Of a stretch of 64,000 bases of DNA, positions 50,601-58,081 are shown one piece after another. Made by a program: the position numbers and the translations under genes. The notes beneath the pieces are model-generated. The model was given only the letters and a program-made list of their open reading frames with translations, made no database searches and was not told the DNA's origin. The stretch's first letter is position 1, and the number at the start of each line of letters is the position of its first letter. This DNA is from a virus: IMG/VR virus record IMGVR_UViG_3300013101_000005, positions 34,632-98,631 of that record; one strand, 5' to 3'.

Positions 50601-52855
50601 TAGATACTTTCTACCTTACTGCTAATATAATAGAAAAATCCATTATAGATACTATCATTTCTCCTTTAATATACGAAACAAGAAATCCATTTTACCCAAC
50701 ATATGGATACTCTACAGGAGAAGCATTTAGAGTAACAGCAGAGGCTCTTCCAATTACTGCTGCAATGGAGGATCAGAATGAAGGGGCAATCCCAGTAGAT
50801 ACAGATACGCTACGTGGAGAAATAACCTTAACTTCTGATTGGACAGAACCAGACGGTACTTGTTATATACTTAGAGAAGCATATACAATGTCTCAATTGG
50901 ATATAGATACTATATCGGATGAACAGCCTGGGCACACATATACAATAGTTAATAAAATTTATGCTGATATGACTTCCTTGTATGCTCCTGTAACTAATAT
51001 TAGATTTTCTAATGATAAAATAAACTGGAGTACTTGGAGAGGCTATGCAGGGAACATATTATACCCTTGGGATCTTATTCCTATATTTGGTGTCCCAACA
51101 GACACAGAAGAGGGGGGGGATAGGTACGTTTGGGCACAAACAGTAACTACAGTTGGTGTGTCTTCTGATTATGTATTAAAGGTCAACCATAAAGATCATA
51201 TTTTTTATAATCCTTTAGGTTCTGTTGGTGGCATAGAAAGTTGGAACTATGTGCCTGGTGTTGAGGGATGGAGTTTGTCTTTAAGTGGTGATGCTGAGTT
51301 TAATAATATATTTATTCGTGGTAGATCTGTGTTTGCTGGTAAAGTTATTGATAGCAAAAAAATGCGAGATCATAATATTGGTACACAACTAGGACCAGAA
51401 GGTTTTACAACAGATACAGATCAAGGTCCTAATACTATTTTTAAAAATATTACACATCTTACTTCTCCAGATGGTATTAATTATAATTCAGATATAGCAA
51501 TTGATCTAACCTCCAATCTACTATTTATACCTACTAGTCATGAGGGGAAACACCAATGTCAGTTTTATAAATTTAGTACCCATTTTCTTACTGGATACAG
51601 GGAAGTTGGACCAACCCACCCAAATTTAGATCCATATGCCCAAACACATATAGCTTTGTCTAAAGAATTTGTTTTTATTGCTGGTGGCCTAAAAATACGT
51701 AAGTATCATAAAGAACATATTACTAATAATTTTATTGATCATATTGCTGAATATGATTTAAATAAAACTTGTCAAGGAATACATGCAGCATATTCTGCAA
51801 ATGGTGAATTTAGATTATATGTTTTAAAAGCGGATAGAATAGGGATTTCGGCACGAACTGTCCTTTGGAATGTTCTTGATGAAGACCTTCAAGTTCTAAG
51901 TTATGCTTCAACAACCTTTCAAAGTAACCTTAGCTATCCAACATTTATGTCTAAAAGTTGGGATTGTAATGGTAAATATTTAGTATTTACTGATTATGAA
52001 AACAAGATATTTTCATACCCCCTTGGGTTTGATGGGCTATTCCCTGATACAAATCTTGATTCATTTAGAAACACAACTATAACTGGTGTTGTTGATCTTG
52101 GTTCTGTATTTAATGTTCATAAATGGTTAATGTCAAATAATCTTTCGCCTATATATGACTTTGCTACATATCATCTAACATACCATATAAATAAAATTTC
52201 AGGCATACGTATATTTAAAGACTCTTACCTTTTTTATACCACATACGGTACTTATAAATATAACCAATTTACTGGTCCAAATTACTTTCTTGAATTTATG
52301 TATAATGCTATAGGCACAGCGGAATGTGTTAGAGCAGAAGAAGGCACTGGTGTTACTTCTATATTATATATGTGTAATTTTCCTTCTCCTGAATATGGTC
52401 AAACGCAAACAGTAGGGCCGCATACCCCTCCTATTTTTACAGTAGCCCGCCCACAACTTAATGCTACTCAGGCTCAACTTTACAGTACTGGTATTAATAT
52501 GCAATTCAATACCTACAATAATTTTGCACCTTATGTGGACAATTATAATAGTCTTAATGGTGGTGGCGTAATTGATGGTGCTTTTGGGTTCACTTCCCCT
52601 ATGATTGTTGGGGATAAGCTGCATATAGCACATTGTAGTTCAACAATGGATGAGCCTTCCTCTTCTGTATATGTTTTTGATTTTGATGGTAGATCGTTGT
52701 CATTTAATAACCCAAGTGTTATTACATCATATTCCGATTTTCAAATGTGCTCTATGGTTTATGATGGAAAAAGCCACTATAAACTAATGGCTAAACACTA
52801 CAATTTAGGTGGTGGTAATTGGTTAAATAATCAGTTATATGTTGTAAAACATTAA
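47687..52855 (+). CDS. Central tail fibre / host-specificity protein, 1722 aa
   Basis: FN3-like PPLNLFAT..VKVSW...YSYKIR, and gpJ-type SWNYVPGVEGWSL..GDAEFNNIFIRG. Confidence 0.7.
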   Translation: MKKTQRQDVIDQIRDLSKSRKSVYIKDLNIQGIHFEETIPDDQAEGQDSIVRWNRITYYQDNSTQPSESLFENIDNLINPNINTDDIVSLSGLSDTNITYQINSKYTTIIKTQKTITDTLTLSGKCWATLYINNTLVLTHKYDPEIEGSITTVTSIPIPFPRQQEITIQIYVYGHLNDTNTETISLSGRAFSFIEYNRLETVLPPLNLFATDNLINTVKVSWEQQQGTIGQGGGVEVWGKQQDIESDYVLLGRVPYPSEFFMHTEQIGSSGLISNATLQRYNFYGDTELGAAVPDSEYTDGTGLVDWGVTNPASGAGQFYVSNSSIPGQEYMLSYNVNLKYDIPFNEEVSSTLRVPAEIINLKLQDPILFTYNSTYTLKVDSAITQPTIPTSGHIEWVWDYDPNITDAQVQCIVYISGSPTTFTVDAVEGSYIHELTFSQIYNYYLDPSYIDAEFKTTNALRNSDSADSEIYYQGTSIHCTHSDLASGVLDSKPFTVKPDEELTVEILTSDDFGVFQLGGILYTQKENGDPSGNVHLTNLKKTRQGTLYKYTKTIKIINPEARVAFLSLGISAPNESGSGEIKFHQIDVLKLATKSLPSGAAYSYKIRNYTRTYSFSEFTDPVVGYAAREIYYLTLTADTEYVSSFQSTKIYARATSPLSYIDVETVPPDGEYVIPLQEVGHSLNLADYTFEYRPLLSNCVIFDTFETDRDLRENPDANGGLTNGFETYENSPARIPAVWRIEGPTTPYLWADSVYKFWNPGDSESNAYSTFIQFDDYNRYKYKEYDLTKVSTFYSGILGNSGYGGAHNQKDPKNMDKFSLGMILRIDAHSQNVGENSIITRSPQIYTLHVYPHSTNVVRLALAIRGNQYSWQNPDNGDVVLIHTMPVTTDADTYFYVHASADCNALDDPTRTYMAVHEVSLDTDATVENLYSDNVLINSTRSEWWNWEDADQAFLGFSSGSATGDFCTFTVDTFYLTANIIEKSIIDTIISPLIYETRNPFYPTYGYSTGEAFRVTAEALPITAAMEDQNEGAIPVDTDTLRGEITLTSDWTEPDGTCYILREAYTMSQLDIDTISDEQPGHTYTIVNKIYADMTSLYAPVTNIRFSNDKINWSTWRGYAGNILYPWDLIPIFGVPTDTEEGGDRYVWAQTVTTVGVSSDYVLKVNHKDHIFYNPLGSVGGIESWNYVPGVEGWSLSLSGDAEFNNIFIRGRSVFAGKVIDSKKMRDHNIGTQLGPEGFTTDTDQGPNTIFKNITHLTSPDGINYNSDIAIDLTSNLLFIPTSHEGKHQCQFYKFSTHFLTGYREVGPTHPNLDPYAQTHIALSKEFVFIAGGLKIRKYHKEHITNNFIDHIAEYDLNKTCQGIHAAYSANGEFRLYVLKADRIGISARTVLWNVLDEDLQVLSYASTTFQSNLSYPTFMSKSWDCNGKYLVFTDYENKIFSYPLGFDGLFPDTNLDSFRNTTITGVVDLGSVFNVHKWLMSNNLSPIYDFATYHLTYHINKISGIRIFKDSYLFYTTYGTYKYNQFTGPNYFLEFMYNAIGTAECVRAEEGTGVTSILYMCNFPSPEYGQTQTVGPHTPPIFTVARPQLNATQAQLYSTGINMQFNTYNNFAPYVDNYNSLNGGGVIDGAFGFTSPMIVGDKLHIAHCSSTMDEPSSSVYVFDFDGRSLSFNNPSVITSYSDFQMCSMVYDGKSHYKLMAKHYNLGGGNWLNNQLYVVKH

Positions 52856-53262
52856 ACAAGAAACAACTTTTCTGTCCCTTTAATATTGGTATATTTTTTG
52901 ATTGTGTCTTCTGTTCCACCTTTACGGTCTTCAGCTACACAAGCAATCAAATAATCAGACCACTCAGCAATAATTCCATTTCTCTGGAACCCAGCACTTC
53001 TGCCCTTCCTAGCCCATTCCGCAGGGAATTCTAGGTAGGGCAGTTGGTGTATAAAGCATATACGTTTAGCAAAGGAATCTGCACCTGTCATACAACCACC
53101 AGAGCAGATAATAGTTTCCCCCTTGATCCACAACTTCTTAATTTGGTCATACACCAATTCTTCATCATCAAAGGAGGTCCTTGTTCTTGTGCCTACTACT
53201 CCGATGATCCTCCACTGGTTTCTATCCATTGCTACCTTCCAATCTTCCGTAATCCCATACAT
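52852..53262 (-). CDS. SLOG-superfamily protein (YspA/DUF2493-like)
   Basis: IGVVGTR, SGGC.TGADSFA, AGFQRN..IA, GGTEDTI. Confidence 0.85.
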   Translation of the reverse strand: MYGITEDWKVAMDRNQWRIIGVVGTRTRTSFDDEELVYDQIKKLWIKGETIICSGGCMTGADSFAKRICFIHQLPYLEFPAEWARKGRSAGFQRNGIIAEWSDYLIACVAEDRKGGTEDTIKKYTNIKGTEKLFLV

Positions 53263-53273
53263 AATACATCTCC

Positions 53274-53903
53274 CTAAAAGTCTAAATCATCAAACACAAC
53301 TGGTATCTTTTTTTTAAAACTTTCAAGCATTGAAAGGGCAAGCACTCTTATTTGGGGGTGGGCATTTGTTGAACATCTCATTGTAAAGAAATGATGCCAT
53401 TGTCTGAGATTATACGTTATGACAATTTCTGTTTTAAGTTCTGTTGGTAGAACTCCTCTTGCCTCTTGGGGTGTCCATCCTAAATCTAATAACTTAAAAT
53501 AATACATTTCTGCATCTTTCATAGCTGCTTTCCATATTAAAATAGCCTCTTTACTTTTTTGTAAAAGATGCTCTGGAAATATTACAGTTATTTCTTTATC
53601 AAATTTTTCTTTACAGTAATTACAATATCTTGTGCTTTCCTGTGAGTATGCCGCTATTCTATGTCTAACTATCTCATGTGAAATACCCCTATCACAAACA
53701 ACACGTACTGTAACAGAAGCGTGTTCCAAAACAGAGTGGTGCTTATACTGATGGCATATCATATTTACAAAACGGATAGCACTATCTTCAGATATTTTAT
53801 CTTCGGATTTATAACAAGTCCGTCCTGCCTTCTCTACCTTTTTTAAGAGATCTAACCCATCAAATTCTTCCTCAAAATCCCAACCAGTAGTCACACATCT
53901 CAT
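53274..53903 (-). CDS. thyX: FAD-dependent thymidylate synthase
   Basis: GRTCY, HHSVLEH, SHEIVRHR.AAYSQESTRY, ARGVLP, NLRQW, AHPQIR. Confidence 0.97.
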   Translation of the reverse strand: MRCVTTGWDFEEEFDGLDLLKKVEKAGRTCYKSEDKISEDSAIRFVNMICHQYKHHSVLEHASVTVRVVCDRGISHEIVRHRIAAYSQESTRYCNYCKEKFDKEITVIFPEHLLQKSKEAILIWKAAMKDAEMYYFKLLDLGWTPQEARGVLPTELKTEIVITYNLRQWHHFFTMRCSTNAHPQIRVLALSMLESFKKKIPVVFDDLDF

Positions 53904-53912
53904 AATATTCTC

Positions 53913-54665
53913 CTATTTAATTCTGTAAACAAACCCCAAGTTCATGCCCTCTTCTGTAAAGACAGGCCCTGCTGTAACACGCTTGTAGCCAACCATAGTA
54001 CTAATTCCTACACTACTTCCCCCAAAAGCCCCCACATCGAAGTGCATATCCTCCCAGAATCGCTGGTACCACGGCCTAGTTTCTGGATCGTACCGAAGTT
54101 GCCACTGTGTTACAACAACTCCGGGGTTATTTGGGAACCTTATGGTGCCTATTCTATAGTCTGTTTTGTTCTCCCTAGCTAGGTAGATTTCCATTGTTAG
54201 GGGGTCTTGTTTGATTACGTAGCTGTAATCTCCTGTAGGGTGTACCAAGGATAGATCAAGTATATATCCATTCTTGTGATCCTTGACCCTATACGTAATC
54301 TCTTTATTATCTGGCATAACAATAATTTCAGCAACTCCTTCACTCTCTAAGGAATCCACCTGTACTGTTAATAAGGCAACCTCATCCACTTTAGCTTTAA
54401 AGTTTTTCTGTAATCTATTGATTACATCTCGTTGTTCTTCTGATAAACTTTCAGCATCATCTAGATCTTGTTCAAGAATTCCTAAACTGTATATGTATTC
54501 CCCTATTTTCTCGTCTTGTGTTGTTATTACTTGCTCTGTTCTTTCTCTAAATTTTCTTAAACGAGTCTCCATTTTACCCATTTTATGCCCATAGTATAGA
54601 TTAAAACAAATACCAACAACCAAACCTACCATAAGCATCAAGGCTATCTCTTTTATATTCTTCAT
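53913..54665 (-). CDS. Membrane-anchored coiled-coil protein, spanin-like candidate
   Basis: N-terminal TM segment, ~90-aa coiled coil and C-terminal Gly-rich amphipathic beta strands; GAGG SD before the ATG at 54665. Confidence 0.5.
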   Translation of the reverse strand: MKNIKEIALMLMVGLVVGICFNLYYGHKMGKMETRLRKFRERTEQVITTQDEKIGEYIYSLGILEQDLDDAESLSEEQRDVINRLQKNFKAKVDEVALLTVQVDSLESEGVAEIIVMPDNKEITYRVKDHKNGYILDLSLVHPTGDYSYVIKQDPLTMEIYLARENKTDYRIGTIRFPNNPGVVVTQWQLRYDPETRPWYQRFWEDMHFDVGAFGGSSVGISTMVGYKRVTAGPVFTEEGMNLGFVYRIK

Positions 54666-55777
54666 TAGTATACCTCTTTGGGCTTCCATTGTAGGGTATC
54701 CCAGTACTCAAGTTTGCAATCTACATGAGTAAGGATGTCCCTTTTATTATAAATCTTAGCTCCTGTGTCTAAAACACCGTGTACTGTAAATTTTCCAATA
54801 GGTTTTTTAATAAAGCATTCTGACATTTCTACTGCTTTTATAATTGCTTTATCATTATATATGATTTCTAATCGCTTCCTTGTTTGGTCTATTTGGGAAT
54901 CATTTAGTATAAATTTATCATAAAAGTGATTAGCTCCCTTAGACCCTCCCTCTTCATAGAAGGTCCCTTTGCGTACAAAACAAGTAGATATAATACCCTT
55001 ATCTTGCTCATCAGGCCACACCCCATTGTTGTCCCATTTTCTAGCAAACCAAACTAGATTTTGTTTCTTTACAAAGTGAAGTTTCTTGTGGTTTTCTGAA
55101 ACAAACTCATCCCCAAATTTTATAAAAGTATTTGGCTCTTTACCTAGGCGCACTAACCACCCATTGTGATGAGTCATCCTGTTAAAAAAGTCCACTTCAT
55201 ACCCTGTTACAAGTAACAACTCATCAAATGGCCCTGTTGTAATTGCGGCCTCTCTTTTTATACAGGCACCACGAAGATACACATCATCTGCATAGAACAT
55301 TTTTACAATCTTAGGAGCAGGCTTTCCCATAGCGGCTCTATCTGATAAGGATACTGCACCGATTAAGTCAGGATTGTGCGCTGTTTTGAATAGCCAAGAA
55401 TAATATTGTAACAAATTCTTATCTAAAATAGTATCACTATCATTTAGGAATACTAAGTAATCTGCTGGGCCATCTAAAGCAGCATCAAGCCCATAATTAC
55501 ATGCTCTAGATGGTGTCGCATTATTACATCTTCCTTTTATATAGAAGTATTTTATGTTAGTTAGTTTGTCTAGGAATTCGGACCTAAATGTGGCATTCCT
55601 TAAATAGTTTGCTTTAGTACCTACAACCATGAAATATACAATTATTTCTTCTATATCTGTATTTTCCTTTGATAACTTATTTATTCTGTCTAAATTAAAT
55701 TTTAGTGTCTCTTTATCAGAACCACAAGTTATAATAAAGGCGATTGATTTCATCCTAGCTTTCTTTACAGTTTGCAT
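54665..55777 (-). CDS. Glycosyltransferase, GT-A fold (GT2-like)
   Basis: SRACNYG, DYLVFLNDSD, GACIKRE...GPFDE...GYEVDF..R and F.RKW. Confidence 0.75.
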   Translation of the reverse strand: MQTVKKARMKSIAFIITCGSDKETLKFNLDRINKLSKENTDIEEIIVYFMVVGTKANYLRNATFRSEFLDKLTNIKYFYIKGRCNNATPSRACNYGLDAALDGPADYLVFLNDSDTILDKNLLQYYSWLFKTAHNPDLIGAVSLSDRAAMGKPAPKIVKMFYADDVYLRGACIKREAAITTGPFDELLLVTGYEVDFFNRMTHHNGWLVRLGKEPNTFIKFGDEFVSENHKKLHFVKKQNLVWFARKWDNNGVWPDEQDKGIISTCFVRKGTFYEEGGSKGANHFYDKFILNDSQIDQTRKRLEIIYNDKAIIKAVEMSECFIKKPIGKFTVHGVLDTGAKIYNKRDILTHVDCKLEYWDTLQWKPKEVY

Positions 55778-56994
55778 TTGAATTCCCTTTCCACAGGTAG
55801 TTCCCCATTCTTCTGAATCTCTAATAATTTCATAAATGATTCTTCAATTTCATCTATAGTAACAGATTCCATAACACGACAGAATTTGTCCCGTCCATAC
55901 TGTGGGAACATATTTTTTGAGGTACAAAGGTCATAAGGTAGCCCATCTTGGTCCCCCGGCTTCGTATGGTAGGCACAGGGGGCACTAGGACAGACATTCT
56001 GGTGCTGTAGGCTGATGTTGTTTTGATTGTACACTGTTCTCCACTCTGCCTTGAATGGGCCATAGATAGTAACGCTAGGAACGCCCAGTGCAGCAGCTAG
56101 GTGGGCTAGGGACGAATCTATGCCCACGAGCCCAGCAGATAGGGCTAGGACAGCCGCAGACTCCCTGTAGGCTGTCACACCAGCTAGATTTATATAGTCT
56201 AGTGTGGCCCCACCACCAATAACGTGTTTCATTGCCATTCCTACCTCATGTTCTATCAAATTACGGTAGTTTGGGTGTGTTAGTATAACAATCTTGTACC
56301 CTGTGCGTTGCTGGAGCCTATACATAGCAGCTACTAGCTTTTCATAGGGGTAATCCCTCAATAAGCTGGAACTCTTCCACTGGAAGCAAATATAAGGGGA
56401 CTGATAGATATTAAATCCTGTGGCAGACCGTACTTTGTTCTTTGCGGCGTTAATTTCGCCTGTTTGTAGGTAATAACGTGGTCTTTTTAGTTCTAAAGGC
56501 ATATCAAATATACCTAAATTGAAAGAAAAAGCATCAATTGCACAAAATTGATCCTCCCCCTTAAAATTCTCAATAGTTCCTTCAAAAATACCAACATAAT
56601 CATGTTTCTTTACAAAATCCAACCTAATTGGTAGGGAGAAACTTGAAGCTATTTTATCAATATTAGGGTTGTTCCTCCACACATCCTTAAATCTTTCACT
56701 TGTAGCTACAGACACCTTACATGTCGGGTATTTCCTTTTAAAATATTCTACAATAGGAGTAATAAAAAGCAGATCCCCAAAACCACCAGTTCTCCATATA
56801 GCTATTTTTTTCTTGTCAAGATTCTGTCCCATGTATGGCTTATAGTGTGGTTCAAATATTTCAAATCTTTGTACTGCACCTTTATGCCTTTTTGCTAGTT
56901 GTTGAGCAATAGGATCAGACATAATGTAAGCTGTTTTTGCTTTCATTTTTATCTCACCAAATTCCTCATCCACACCTAACTGCAATATCTTCAT
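55765..56994 (-). CDS. Glycosyltransferase family 9 (heptosyltransferase-like)
   Basis: RTGGFGDLLFITP, NPNID, RDYP, NLAG, GIDSSLAHLAAALGVPSVTIYGP and C..APC. Confidence 0.9.
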   Translation of the reverse strand: MKILQLGVDEEFGEIKMKAKTAYIMSDPIAQQLAKRHKGAVQRFEIFEPHYKPYMGQNLDKKKIAIWRTGGFGDLLFITPIVEYFKRKYPTCKVSVATSERFKDVWRNNPNIDKIASSFSLPIRLDFVKKHDYVGIFEGTIENFKGEDQFCAIDAFSFNLGIFDMPLELKRPRYYLQTGEINAAKNKVRSATGFNIYQSPYICFQWKSSSLLRDYPYEKLVAAMYRLQQRTGYKIVILTHPNYRNLIEHEVGMAMKHVIGGGATLDYINLAGVTAYRESAAVLALSAGLVGIDSSLAHLAAALGVPSVTIYGPFKAEWRTVYNQNNISLQHQNVCPSAPCAYHTKPGDQDGLPYDLCTSKNMFPQYGRDKFCRVMESVTIDEIEESFMKLLEIQKNGELPVEREFKCKL

Positions 56995-58073
56995 TTATTC
57001 CTCCACTCATTCAGTATTTTAACTGATTCCTTAAATTTTATGTCAAAGAAGTCATTACAAAAACTTATAACATCTCCCCCCCTACCACAGCCCCAACAAT
57101 AAAAAGAGTTGTTTTTTGTGTATATAGTAAATGATGCAACAGAATCATTATGATCTTTAAAAGGGCACTCAGTTTTTAATAAGTTATCCACCTTAATCCA
57201 CTTTATTTTTGGTATAAGACTATCCAAAAAATCTGCTATTGGTACATCTTTTACAGTCTTTACTTCTTTAGAGGTACAAGACCCTCTTTCTCTATTTATT
57301 TTTGTTTTTATTGATTTTGGTTTTATATTAACCATTGCTGTAAGTGTTTTATTAAAATCAGATGGGTCATTACCATCAAGAAAGAAATCGTTTGCATCAT
57401 TATACTTACCCAAGTTCGACCTGAATAGTCTCATGCTTGGATACTCTTTTTTTATGAAAGAGGCCATTTGATTTGTAGCTTTGTCCCCCGGATCATCATT
57501 GTCAAAGCATAAAACAACAGTGTCAAACCACTCAAAATGCTTAAACATACTTTCTCTTATGTTATTAACTCCCATAATACCCATGGCAGGGAATCCCTTT
57601 TGTTGTAATATTATTGTATCAAATTGACCTTCAGCAATTACAACGTATTCCCCAAGTTCCTTATACTTTGTGTAACTATATCTATTACCTACCAATTCGG
57701 CACCAAAGAAATCCAATAAGGGCCTTTGTGGTAGGTTTATGTATTTCATTTTGCTTTTGTCATATTTTCTGCTGGATAAATTTACTACTAAGCCTTCAGA
57801 ATTCCTAATAGGAATAACCACAGAATTATAGAATATTTCTTGAGGCTCTCCATTAAAACGCATCAGCCCACTAGCCTCCAACTCTTCATTGGAGTACCCA
57901 CATTCTTTAGTCATAATCCTATGGAAATCCCCACGATTTCCTGTAGCTCCAAGAGAGAAAAAGCTGGCGGTTTTGCCTTGAATTCCTCTTCCTTTTAAAT
58001 ATTCCTGAGCTACAAAATCTGCTCTTAACAAAGAACTAAATACAATAGCAGCATCTTTTAAAATACTAGACAT
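56991..58073 (-). CDS. dnaG: DnaG-type primase with C-terminal CHC2 zinc finger
   Basis: YLKGRGI, VVIPI, KYINLP, EGQFD, FDNDDPG, DAND, then CPFKDH.D...SF...FYCWGCGRGGDVI; AGGAG SD before the ATG at 58073. Confidence 0.9.
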   Translation of the reverse strand: MSSILKDAAIVFSSLLRADFVAQEYLKGRGIQGKTASFFSLGATGNRGDFHRIMTKECGYSNEELEASGLMRFNGEPQEIFYNSVVIPIRNSEGLVVNLSSRKYDKSKMKYINLPQRPLLDFFGAELVGNRYSYTKYKELGEYVVIAEGQFDTIILQQKGFPAMGIMGVNNIRESMFKHFEWFDTVVLCFDNDDPGDKATNQMASFIKKEYPSMRLFRSNLGKYNDANDFFLDGNDPSDFNKTLTAMVNIKPKSIKTKINRERGSCTSKEVKTVKDVPIADFLDSLIPKIKWIKVDNLLKTECPFKDHNDSVASFTIYTKNNSFYCWGCGRGGDVISFCNDFFDIKFKESVKILNEWRNK

Positions 58074-58081
58074 AACCACTC

